From positions 1 through 53,185 of the IMG/VR virus record IMGVR_UViG_3300032770_000027: a stretch of DNA of 53,185 nt. The stretch is one strand, 5' to 3'. Source of the stretch: a virus. Its lineage: Duplodnaviria > Caudoviricetes. The notes under the pieces were generated by a model that was not told the DNA's origin, ran no database searches, and saw only the letters and a program-made list of their open reading frames with translations. The first letter of the stretch is position 1; the number at the start of each line of letters is the position of its first letter. Positions 8,915-17,114 of this stretch are shown one piece after another. Position numbers and translations under genes: made by a program.

Positions 8915-9114
8915 TGATCAATCCACTTGTCACAATCACATGTCTGGCGATCGGATTTACGCTTGTGATTCTTTCGGTTGTTCACGTGGTAATCGCATTC
9001 AAAAGACACCGTGAGCCGAAACAATTGTGGTCGCATCTGATCCACGCGGTGATCTGTGCCGCTGCCGCTTGTGCGATGTCATGGATTCTGTCAATCCTCG
9101 AAGTGAAATGGTGA
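8914..9114 (+). CDS. Two-TM membrane protein
   Basis: Two hydrophobic helices; TAATG coupling. Confidence 0.6.
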   Translation: MINPLVTITCLAIGFTLVILSVVHVVIAFKRHREPKQLWSHLIHAVICAAAACAMSWILSILEVKW

Positions 9115-9136
9115 AAGAACAACTGGACCCTCAATA

Positions 9137-9328
9137 ATGCCAATCCACAGCAAAAACGACCGCCATACCGAAACCGAACGGCTGAAAAAACAAATAAATT
9201 CAATTCTTGATGGCATTGATAGGACTGAATTGGATAACAATCCGGGATGGTGGGAAACATCAGATGGAGCGTCATTTGGCTCCTTAAAACTGAAACAGAT
9301 CATGGCTCTCTTCGACGAAAAAAAATGA
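9137..9328 (+). CDS. Hypothetical protein
   Basis: 63 aa containing GWWETSDGA. Confidence 0.55.
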   Translation: MPIHSKNDRHTETERLKKQINSILDGIDRTELDNNPGWWETSDGASFGSLKLKQIMALFDEKK

Positions 9329-9358
9329 CCGCGCTCACCAAAAAGGTTGAATAGTGAT

Positions 9359-10096
9359 ATGAAAACCCTCCTCTCAGTCGTAATGGCCGCATTTATGGCC
9401 GCATGTCCTGTCAAGGCATTAGCGGATCAGCCAATCAATCAACCCGATCCTCCACCGGAAACAAATCCACAAATTGGTCTTTGCCCCTTACTGGTCGGAG
9501 CAGCAGCATTGGCCGCTGCCGGTTATGGAGTGTGGAAACTCTATAAGTGCGCGGATCACCTGTTAAATCCGCCCCCGCCCGCGCCTCCAACAAACGCCCC
9601 ACCACCGCCCCCACCACAGACAAACAACCCCGCTCCGCATATCATAAAAGAATCACTGACAGTTCAGCCGGCGACTCTTTTCATCGGAGACAATTCGCTG
9701 ACATGCGATACGAGTGTATCTGCAAATGGCTGGACTGACTGGCAGGGAAATCCGATCGGTTATTGTGTCGGGGGCGTGATAACGAACATGTTTTTCACCA
9801 ACAGCCTTGGGACAACGGTTACAAATTGGTATGAGAGCAGCCCCGACCTTGTAAACTGGACTCACGAGCCACTGACCATGATCGCATGGATCAGCCAAGC
9901 GCCGAATGGCATGGATACCAATGCGGTTTATATCGTATCAGACGTGACCGGTGCGCCGATCTCAACGAACTGGTGTGCGCTTACCACCTACGTTCAGTCC
10001 GGACAACTGATCACCGTCTCAACCAATCTTGCGTGCCTTACCACCGTTCCGCGCAGAGCAGGTCACAGATCAATGTTCTACCGAATTGGACCATGA
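9359..10096 (+). CDS. Secreted or membrane-anchored Pro-rich protein with a Verrucomicrobia-type C-terminal motif
   Basis: Signal-like MKTLLSVVMAAFMAACPVKALA, a TM helix, a poly-Pro linker, then YESSPDLVNW...MFYRI. Confidence 0.65.
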   Translation: MKTLLSVVMAAFMAACPVKALADQPINQPDPPPETNPQIGLCPLLVGAAALAAAGYGVWKLYKCADHLLNPPPPAPPTNAPPPPPPQTNNPAPHIIKESLTVQPATLFIGDNSLTCDTSVSANGWTDWQGNPIGYCVGGVITNMFFTNSLGTTVTNWYESSPDLVNWTHEPLTMIAWISQAPNGMDTNAVYIVSDVTGAPISTNWCALTTYVQSGQLITVSTNLACLTTVPRRAGHRSMFYRIGP

Positions 10097-10099
10097 CGG

Positions 10100-10327
10100 T
10101 TACGCCGGCGTGAGCGCGAGCAGTGCCTGTCCTTGAGGCGATGCGGGGTCGATCCCAGCTTTGGTGAGAGCGTCCAGCATTTTTGTCCGTGCGCTCTGAT
10201 TCGACAGTGCATTCAAAGCGTCCCAATCTGCCTGAGTGACAGTCGGAGCCGTGGCCATCTGCCAGACCTTTTGAGCGAACGGGACTCCGTAAGTGATGAT
10301 GAGTTGTGCGATTGCGGCTCCGGTCAT
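10100..10327 (-). CDS. Small protein at the end of the lysis-like cluster
   Basis: 75 aa with an amphipathic N-terminus; ATGA-coupled to the lipoprotein gene. Confidence 0.6.
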   Translation of the reverse strand: MTGAAIAQLIITYGVPFAQKVWQMATAPTVTQADWDALNALSNQSARTKMLDALTKAGIDPASPQGQALLALTPA

Positions 10328-10653
10328 TTTATACCTCCAACTGCGTTGAGAACATTTGCTTCCTGTGTTATCAGGCTGGCCGGAGCGATTGAATTGCTGC
10401 CGCTCTCAGCCGCCGCCAATGCCAGCCGGTAGCCGGCCTGAAAGTCGTTGTAATATTTCGAGACCGCCGGCACGTTGTTGGTCGGGACGATTCCCTTGGC
10501 CACGCCCCCGTAATACGCGGTGACAGCGGAGTCCACGGTATAACCGACCGAAGCCAGTGTATTGAATTCGGTCTGGCTGCCGCGCTGGAACAAAGCACAA
10601 CCGAACAAAAAGACCAAAATGACCGGGAGATAAATGCGGTTTATGAATTTCAT
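10324..10653 (-). CDS. Lipoprotein (spanin-like candidate)
   Basis: Signal peptide with lipobox LFGC; follows the holin-like genes. Confidence 0.6.
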   Translation of the reverse strand: MKFINRIYLPVILVFLFGCALFQRGSQTEFNTLASVGYTVDSAVTAYYGGVAKGIVPTNNVPAVSKYYNDFQAGYRLALAAAESGSNSIAPASLITQEANVLNAVGGIK

Positions 10654-10889
10654 GGGGTTGGTGGTTTGATGATTTGATCGGTGTTACCGGTGGCCGGAGT
10701 GACAGGAGGAAGTTTCAGCAGAGATCTGGTATCCTTCGCCGCTGTGATTAGTCCAAGTATGATTGCACCCGCCCATACTGTCTTGTCTGGCATCACACCT
10801 TTGGTTTGAATGAATACGAGGAACATCGCGCCTCCGGAGGCGATGATGAACGCGGTTAACGCGCTGACGATAATCTGAATGGCGTTCAT
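10650..10889 (-). CDS. Holin-like two-TM protein
   Basis: 79 aa with two TM helices and a polar tail; at the end of the late operon. Confidence 0.5.
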   Translation of the reverse strand: MNAIQIIVSALTAFIIASGGAMFLVFIQTKGVMPDKTVWAGAIILGLITAAKDTRSLLKLPPVTPATGNTDQIIKPPTP

Positions 10890-11113
10890 ACGTGAAGCAG
10901 TTTAAATATCCAGTCCAGAAAGTCAACTGCGGTTGGTTTGAGCACAAAGGCAAGCGTGGTCGCAGTCAGAACTGTGTTTATATCCACCTTCTTTTTGATG
11001 GACGGAAATTCCTTTGTGACTTCCTCAAGGCGAATCAGTCGATCTTTTATTCCAACCTGACCATTGCCATGAATCTCATTTTCGAGACGATCTATTCTTG
11101 CGTCCTCATTCAT
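10886..11113 (-). CDS. Coiled-coil protein with C-terminal TM (holin/lysis-associated candidate)
   Basis: MNEDARIDRLENEIHGNGQVGIKDRLIRLEE, then a hydrophobic C-terminus; ATGA-coupled at both ends. Confidence 0.5.
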   Translation of the reverse strand: MNEDARIDRLENEIHGNGQVGIKDRLIRLEEVTKEFPSIKKKVDINTVLTATTLAFVLKPTAVDFLDWIFKLLHV

Positions 11114-11568
11114 TGGTTCCACACGCGCTTGCTGCTTTTCATTTCCAGACCTTCGAAAAACACCGGCTGGTAATCCGTCGGGTTCGTTGCTGACAGGACC
11201 GTGCCGTGAAAGTTTGTCCGGATCAGAGACCATTTATGCGTAGTTAGATCGCTGCACTGATACACATTCCCGGTTCCGTTGCAGGTGATCGTGATCGCAC
11301 AGAACTCAAATCCGTTCGTGATTGTGATCGACTTGCCCGGAACCGTTTCGCTGCCATCCGCGCCCAAGGCGGTCATCCAGAAATCATTCTGGAACCGGGG
11401 CAGATTGGTGATCGCCAGTGTCGTGCCCGGATAATCCCAACGATACTGCCAGTTAGGATAATGCTTGCCGCAGTAAACCCGATACGTGACCGCGTTTGTG
11501 ACGGGTGAACAAGCCAGCACGATGTCTGGCGCATTGGTGGCGGGCGGCGGTGGTGGCAGCAGGTTCAT
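11110..11568 (-). CDS. Fn3-like domain protein
   Basis: IVLACSPVTNAVTYRVYCG...TLAITNL...MTALGADGSET is an Fn3-like pattern, followed by a CSDLTTHKW motif. Confidence 0.5.
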   Translation of the reverse strand: MNLLPPPPPATNAPDIVLACSPVTNAVTYRVYCGKHYPNWQYRWDYPGTTLAITNLPRFQNDFWMTALGADGSETVPGKSITITNGFEFCAITITCNGTGNVYQCSDLTTHKWSLIRTNFHGTVLSATNPTDYQPVFFEGLEMKSSKRVWNQ

Positions 11569-13217
11569 GGGCTTACAAAGGGAATGTGGATCGGGATGCC
11601 CTTATTGGTGATTGTAATCGACCCGTTAAACGATGAGATTGCCGCTGGTGGAGCGCCGGTAGAAATGTTCACGCTCAGATTGGTCGTGAATAAGGCCGTC
11701 AATCCGCTTGAGGGTGAACCGACGGAAAATGAATAGGCTCCGGGCACGATCCCGTTGGTCGTGATAGACAGAAACAGTTGATTGGCCACGTCCACAAGCC
11801 CAATATAATTTCCATAAGCGCCAAGGTCCATTTCATATCGGGAAGCGCCCTGAAAATACCAGAGCGCCGGCAATCCTCCGCTGAAAAACGTCCCCAACCA
11901 CATATTTCCGATCGCGCCATTGTTTGTCTGTCCCACGAGAAGTGCGTTGTAAAGATGCGGTGTAAAAGTGCTGTAATCCAGCACGACATTGCTGGGCAAA
12001 ATGTAATTTGTTGGAGCGTTGGCTGTCGGAAAATCCGCACAGATCATGGAATACAGATTGGCAGCCCATAACCGTGCTCCACCATCAGTTGGATGCACCC
12101 CGGGTGTGTAGATGATCCCCGATGAAAGCATGAAGTTCGTGTCATTGAACCGTGAATACAGGTCAGCGTAACACCAGCCATTCATAGCGCAGACAAGTTT
12201 AGCGCTGTAATTCTGCCACAGATTGTCCGCCACGTCCGTCGCAGGAGACTGATCCATCCGGGCCGGGGTTGCGACGATGATCACGTGAGTGTTAGTGTAT
12301 GACAGGAGACTTAGAAGCTGTGTCAGCACGTTGGTGTAGGTGGTGACATCATTCTCTTCACCCCAATCCTTGGCGTGGTAAACAATCAGGTCCGGCTGGA
12401 TGTTGGTGCCGATCTGTCTGAGCATATTGGTTCCTCCGATCATCGTCAGAAAATTGGTGATCGTGAGTCCTCCCTTGGCCATCCACCACACCTTGATACC
12501 CGGCGTGTTTGTCCGATTGAAGTCCGGCAGGATGTAATTTGTTCCGGCGGCACCAGACCAGCCGGAGAACACAATCTGATTGTCTATTCCGGCTGTGGAA
12601 AAATTGGTATGTAACAATGTGGGCGTCGCGGCGTAGCCGTTGATCTTGACCGTGGTATTGATGCCCTCAGTTGGTGCGGTCACCGTGGCCCAGAAGTTTG
12701 TTCCCAAAGGCTGCGCCACCCACCAGAATCCAACCTGATTGATCGGCTTTCCGATCACGGTTGAAAATGACTGGCTTTGGGTCATGTAAGCGGCATTGGT
12801 TCCATCAGAACCATACAACACGCACCAGTGGATTCCCGGCCAGTTTGTGTTTTCGTTCCGGTTCAGCGTCGTCGGGAATGATGCCCACCACCCTTCGAAC
12901 CCTTCTCCATTATTCCCAAAATTGGCTTGCAAATACTGCGACAGATATTCACTTGCCGACGGCTGGCCATATCCATTTTGGCTCATGGAGTCTCCGATCA
13001 TCAGAACCGAGGCTCCGGAGCCGCTGGCGTTTCCATAAAAGGCAGGCAGCGCCGCACTTGGTATCTGAGTCTGAGGAAGCAGCAGGCCATCCGTGCTGGA
13101 TACTATGCCGGTGCTATAACCGTCACCGATGAGATTTCCGATGACGTTGCCTTTAAAAGTTTGACCGTGCGCTGCGAGGCACACGGCCATCAGGGCTGTT
13201 GCAATGATCTTTTTCAT
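11565..13217 (-). CDS. SGNH/GDSL esterase-domain protein (tail-spike or fibre-like)
   Basis: Block I IGDSMS and block V GVHPT; fibre-like C-terminus; signal-peptide-like N-terminus. Confidence 0.7.
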   Translation of the reverse strand: MKKIIATALMAVCLAAHGQTFKGNVIGNLIGDGYSTGIVSSTDGLLLPQTQIPSAALPAFYGNASGSGASVLMIGDSMSQNGYGQPSASEYLSQYLQANFGNNGEGFEGWWASFPTTLNRNENTNWPGIHWCVLYGSDGTNAAYMTQSQSFSTVIGKPINQVGFWWVAQPLGTNFWATVTAPTEGINTTVKINGYAATPTLLHTNFSTAGIDNQIVFSGWSGAAGTNYILPDFNRTNTPGIKVWWMAKGGLTITNFLTMIGGTNMLRQIGTNIQPDLIVYHAKDWGEENDVTTYTNVLTQLLSLLSYTNTHVIIVATPARMDQSPATDVADNLWQNYSAKLVCAMNGWCYADLYSRFNDTNFMLSSGIIYTPGVHPTDGGARLWAANLYSMICADFPTANAPTNYILPSNVVLDYSTFTPHLYNALLVGQTNNGAIGNMWLGTFFSGGLPALWYFQGASRYEMDLGAYGNYIGLVDVANQLFLSITTNGIVPGAYSFSVGSPSSGLTALFTTNLSVNISTGAPPAAISSFNGSITITNKGIPIHIPFVSP

Positions 13218-13492
13218 GCTGTTTGAAGTCCTGTATCATGCCACGCTCCGGAAAAATAAGCCCACAATTCTCTCGTGCTCGTATCAATAGCCATTCCACA
13301 ACCGGAGGATGGTGTGAAATTTGGTGTCACACCAGAATAATTCCCACAGGTCACGCCGCCGGCAGCTCCGCTACCGCCATTGGACTGTATCTGGCAAAGC
13401 AGGTAAATCAACACTGGAAGTTGCATCCCGTTTGGAATATTACAGGCGATGCAGGAAGCATTGTTGATTAGTGTTTGTGGATCACAGGCCAT
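13214..13492 (-). CDS. Structural protein with shared Cys-rich N-terminal module
   Basis: Begins MACDPQTLINNASCIACNIPNGMQLPVLIYLLCQIQ; the tail AIDTSTRELWAYFSGAW resembles a fibre repeat. Confidence 0.7.
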   Translation of the reverse strand: MACDPQTLINNASCIACNIPNGMQLPVLIYLLCQIQSNGGSGAAGGVTCGNYSGVTPNFTPSSGCGMAIDTSTRELWAYFSGAWHDTGLQTA

Positions 13493-13493
13493 A

Positions 13494-14078
13494 TTATCTC
13501 AATACTTCACCGTAGCCCTGTTGGGCAGTCAGCGATTGAGTTCCATCACCAACAGTTCCCGTGATTTTGAGATTGTTCGCCTGAGCAAAATTCAGTCCCA
13601 CAAGATCGGTCGTTGTTATGCCGACCGTTTGAGAGGGGCTGGCAGCAGCATACGATAAATTCTCAACAACAGTGGTCCGGGCTGTGGTCGTGCCGGTCAT
13701 TACAATTTGAACCCGAAGATCGTGATCTGCTGGATTTGCCGCTGAGAGCGTATTGCTCCAAATAACCTGTCCTGCAAAACTGATTGTAATGTTGACATTG
13801 TATGGAGTGCCGCCATAGGTGTTGTGAGCAACATATTCCGCGATGATTCTTTGCCCCGCAGTCGTGAGCGTGTTTGCCGGAATCGAATCGGAATAAAGAT
13901 CAGTCGCACCAGTTCCAGAAGTCGAAGAATTGGAATAGTGAGAGAACAACTGAGCCGAGCTTCCAGACTGCTGAATCTGACAAAGCAGATAGATCAGCAC
14001 CGGGAGCTGCATCCCGTTGGGGATGTTGCAGGCAATGCAGGACGAATTGTTGATCAGACTTTGCGGATCACAGGCCAT
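13494..14078 (-). CDS. Structural protein with shared Cys-rich N-terminal module plus a beta-rich domain
   Basis: The first 36 aa are 34/36 identical to those of 13214..13492. Confidence 0.75.
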   Translation of the reverse strand: MACDPQSLINNSSCIACNIPNGMQLPVLIYLLCQIQQSGSSAQLFSHYSNSSTSGTGATDLYSDSIPANTLTTAGQRIIAEYVAHNTYGGTPYNVNITISFAGQVIWSNTLSAANPADHDLRVQIVMTGTTTARTTVVENLSYAAASPSQTVGITTTDLVGLNFAQANNLKITGTVGDGTQSLTAQQGYGEVLR

Positions 14079-14079
14079 A

Positions 14080-14319
14080 TCATACTCCGGCTATTTGGCA
14101 CGCCACAGAAATCGCCACGGCCCATTGCATGCCGGCGGGAATGTTGCAGGCAATGCAGGAAGCATTTCCGACCAGACTGTTGATGGCGGTTTTAGAGCTG
14201 ACATCCACCCCGGCAATCTGAGCCGCCAGATAAATCATGGCCGGCAACTCCATGCCAACCGGTATCAGACCTTCATACTGCCGCGCAGCGGTCACCAGCG
14301 TTTGAGAATCACACACCAT
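14080..14319 (-). CDS. Small protein made of two diverged copies of the same module
   Basis: MVCDSQTL...IPVGMELPAMIYLAAQIAGV and NASCIACNIPAGMQ...CQIAGV. Confidence 0.7.
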   Translation of the reverse strand: MVCDSQTLVTAARQYEGLIPVGMELPAMIYLAAQIAGVDVSSKTAINSLVGNASCIACNIPAGMQWAVAISVACQIAGV

Positions 14320-14633
14320 TAAACAGCCATGGATTGAAGCTTTTGATCAGCCTTGGCCATTTCCGGACCTTCAGACATTTCATCTTCAGATCCCTTGTCG
14401 CCTTTTCCGGTGGCGTATTTCACTTCCACTTCGTCACCATGATCGTGGACGATCTGGATGATCCACTCTTCCCCGGGCTTGACTTCCTTGCCCTGAAAAA
14501 ATGATTTGGGAAGCAACGCGGTTTCGCCATATTCTCCCTCTTCGTCCTTGTGCATTCCTTCATTGGACGATTGAGGCATTTCTTCACCGGAACCGCCACC
14601 GTCATCCATTCCATACATTTCGTCGGCTGCCAT
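14319..14633 (-). CDS. Acidic protein downstream of the major capsid gene
   Basis: 104 aa, D/E-rich; AAAGGA RBS. Confidence 0.7.
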   Translation of the reverse strand: MAADEMYGMDDGGGSGEEMPQSSNEGMHKDEEGEYGETALLPKSFFQGKEVKPGEEWIIQIVHDHGDEVEVKYATGKGDKGSEDEMSEGPEMAKADQKLQSMAV

Positions 14634-14653
14634 AATATCCTTTCAAAGTTGGA

Positions 14654-14679
14654 GGGTGGCGGGCCGTAACCCGCCACCC
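14654..14679. terminator. Strong hairpin after the capsid gene (attenuator or mRNA stabiliser)
   Basis: GGGTGGCGGG-CCGTAA-CCCGCCACCC; weak U tract. Confidence 0.5.
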
Positions 14680-14702
14680 GCTGAACCATGCCCCCAAAGT
14701 GC

Positions 14703-16331
14703 TTACGACAACTTCCACGGAATGTTGAGGAACAGGCAGGGGCCAACAAGCTGGACCTGCGCTCCAACAACCGTCCAAGTGCCGAGAATGGAAACGTTCG
14801 CGTTGAGCTGGGCAACCAAAGTGGTGACCGTTGACGCGCCAGTGATGGCGGCATGCTCAACCGTTTCATTGTTACACGTGATGGTGTCTGCAAGGACTTC
14901 ATACGTGTTGGTCGTGGTATCAAGCTGCGGAGTAAACAACAGCGTGTTACCGGTGGACGTGCAGTTCGGATCAGCCGAGCTGTAGCTCTGCGTCGGGTAT
15001 CCGGGATCGGCATTGCAGGTGCTGATCTGGATGATGCAGGCGGGTTCCCGCTTGTGGAAAATCAAGCACAGGAATTCCGTGTGATTTGGAGCTGCGGCCT
15101 GCTTAAAGTCAGCAATGAACTGACCTTTGTTGCGCCGCTTGTTCTGAATCACCACACCACTGGCATCCGCGCCAAGGTTATCCATGACGAACTGCCACTT
15201 GCCGCCGAAATTTCGGCTGGCGAACGGCATTTCCGGGTTCACCGGCATCGCTTCCGCCACGAGCATTTCGATGCCCTTGGCGTGCCAGACATACGAGAAC
15301 GCATACTGGGCATTGTCGAAGTCTATGTTGGCGATGGATCGCAAACCAGACGCCGAACCGGCACCGCTGGACGGAATGTTCTTGTAGGGTAAAACAACCT
15401 GATAGCGGTAGTTGCCAGACGCAGTCAAAGATCCCGCAACCAGACCAACAAAGTTGAAGCGCAATCCAGTCGGATCAATTCGACCGGCATAATTACCGAT
15501 CTGTCCGCTGAAACCATAGCGCCAGTATTTGTTGGCAGCGTCCCATTCGGTGAAACGCCAGTTGCCGGTGATGGAAGGCGTTCCCCCGATTCCCTGCTGT
15601 CCGCCGAGCCGGTCCAGTTCCCAGATGGTCTGGGTATCCGTGACCAGTTCAAGCATGGGTGGAGTCTGTTCCTTGAACGGATTCTCCCCGAGATAACCAA
15701 TGCGAAGCAGCGGTTCCACCATGCGCTGAAGCATCTGCGGAGTCAGCTTATAGACATTGGTGTTAGGACAATTAGTGTCGATGTAAATTTCCTGAGTCCC
15801 GACGACTACGAAATTGAACACGAACTGGGTTTGAGAATTGCCAAAGCTGGAATTGGCAATGAATTTGTTGTCGGCCAGAATCGCACCGCGTTTCCGCAGG
15901 TAGGTGTTCTGAATCTCAATAGTGGCCGGTTTCAAAATCTTGCTGATGATGTATCGGAATTGCTCCCGGGCATGCGTAATGTGCATGTCCTGATCGAAGC
16001 ACAGCAACTGGGTCTGCCAGCTCTGCTGCTCCAAACCATAGATCAGCCGGGTCGATCCCCAACCAATTGCGGTTTCATTCGGATCGCAAGGAGTGCCGAC
16101 ACAGGAGCTGTCGTTAACCGGATTCCACGTTTGAGTGGTATCAGGATAGACATGGTTGAAACGATCGCGAGTATGCTGTGTGCCGCTCCATGCCGCGAAG
16201 GTTCCTGAAGTTACGTGGGCCACCCAGCCATCCGAGGGACGAATATCCTCGATGATGTATTTGTCATACACCGGCTGTTGATCCACCAAAAACTGCGTAA
16301 AAGACGTTGCCGAAACAATAGTTCCCGCCAT
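14703..16331 (-). CDS. Major capsid protein (542 aa, with C-terminal extension)
   Basis: Likely start MAGTIV at 16331; size, own promoter and downstream hairpin fit; HK97-like spine helix segment (AREQFRYIISKILKPATIEIQNTYLR). Assigned by context and by eye. Confidence 0.65.
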   Translation of the reverse strand: MAGTIVSATSFTQFLVDQQPVYDKYIIEDIRPSDGWVAHVTSGTFAAWSGTQHTRDRFNHVYPDTTQTWNPVNDSSCVGTPCDPNETAIGWGSTRLIYGLEQQSWQTQLLCFDQDMHITHAREQFRYIISKILKPATIEIQNTYLRKRGAILADNKFIANSSFGNSQTQFVFNFVVVGTQEIYIDTNCPNTNVYKLTPQMLQRMVEPLLRIGYLGENPFKEQTPPMLELVTDTQTIWELDRLGGQQGIGGTPSITGNWRFTEWDAANKYWRYGFSGQIGNYAGRIDPTGLRFNFVGLVAGSLTASGNYRYQVVLPYKNIPSSGAGSASGLRSIANIDFDNAQYAFSYVWHAKGIEMLVAEAMPVNPEMPFASRNFGGKWQFVMDNLGADASGVVIQNKRRNKGQFIADFKQAAAPNHTEFLCLIFHKREPACIIQISTCNADPGYPTQSYSSADPNCTSTGNTLLFTPQLDTTTNTYEVLADTITCNNETVEHAAITGASTVTTLVAQLNANVSILGTWTVVGAQVQLVGPCLFLNIPWKLS

Positions 16332-16537
16332 AAAACAAAATTTGCATTGTTCAAGTCGATTGCTCCCGGGCACAACATGTGCGCGAAAGACTTCACGGGA
16401 ATTTTTGAAGCGGCGAACTCTAGTGGACTTCCCAGTCCGGGACACGCCGATTTTAGGATTGCATCGGTATCGTCAGACCGACGAACTGTAGTCCGGCGTC
16501 GAGCCGGTGGCGCTACCTGTTGGTAGCCGATGGAGGA

Positions 16538-16566
16538 TTACTACTACGGGAAGGATGGTATGTCAA
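16538..16566 (-). promoter_or_regulatory. Candidate capsid-gene promoter
   Basis: TTGACA at 16566-16561 with an imperfect -10 (TAGTAA) 17 nt downstream, ahead of a ~200-nt leader. Confidence 0.45.
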
Positions 16567-16573
16567 CAGAAAT

Positions 16574-17035
16574 TTAACACGGATACAAAACGACAGGATC
16601 CACGTCGTCTCTCAAAGGTTTGACTCTCTCAAATACGCACTGAATTTTCGACTCGGCCAGAATGCGACCAACCTCCATTTTGACAGCACAATATCCGAAT
16701 TTACGAAGGGTGGAATACTCTGAAGACGTGAACCACCTGCGGAGTTGATCCAGCGTGCGGCATCCACACCCCAGACTCATGCCAACGATTGCCTTTTTTC
16801 GAATATCACCGAACTCAACGGGCCAAGGGACCAATGTGTTAAATTCTTCGTCCGGACGATCCTCAACCCACCGATGAGAAAAGCCGGGCTTCCACGGTCC
16901 GCGCCCATCCTTGTCCTGCACTCTGAAAATTACCAGCGGTAATGGTCGAGTTTCAGGATGGATAATAGCCCCAAGTTCAGGTGCAAATTCTGAATTTTTC
17001 CGAGACGCCTCATCAGGTCGGATGTCATCAGCCAT
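16574..17035 (-). CDS. Phage protein with a possible ADP-ribosyltransferase-like fold
   Basis: IFRVQDKDGRGPW...GCGCRTLDQLRRWF...QCVF; start uncertain; the fold call is an inference. Confidence 0.45.
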   Translation of the reverse strand: MADDIRPDEASRKNSEFAPELGAIIHPETRPLPLVIFRVQDKDGRGPWKPGFSHRWVEDRPDEEFNTLVPWPVEFGDIRKKAIVGMSLGCGCRTLDQLRRWFTSSEYSTLRKFGYCAVKMEVGRILAESKIQCVFERVKPLRDDVDPVVLYPC

Positions 17036-17114
17036 ACTTGAATATTATTCCGGGGGAACCGGTGCAGGAACATCCTGCGACCGGCTTCCGGTGTGATTTT
17101 TAGAAACGGGATCA

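Noticed and set aside
8089-9045. 318-aa minus-strand ORF and similar long shadow ORFs (e.g. 39874..40470, 40439..41110, 43748..44362)
   Set aside because: They are antisense or out of frame to well-supported, tightly coupled genes and show no protein motifs.
13385-14078. Diversity-generating retroelement TR/VR pair
   Set aside because: The differences are mostly synonymous and not adenine-specific, the repeats are N-terminal, and there is no reverse transcriptase.
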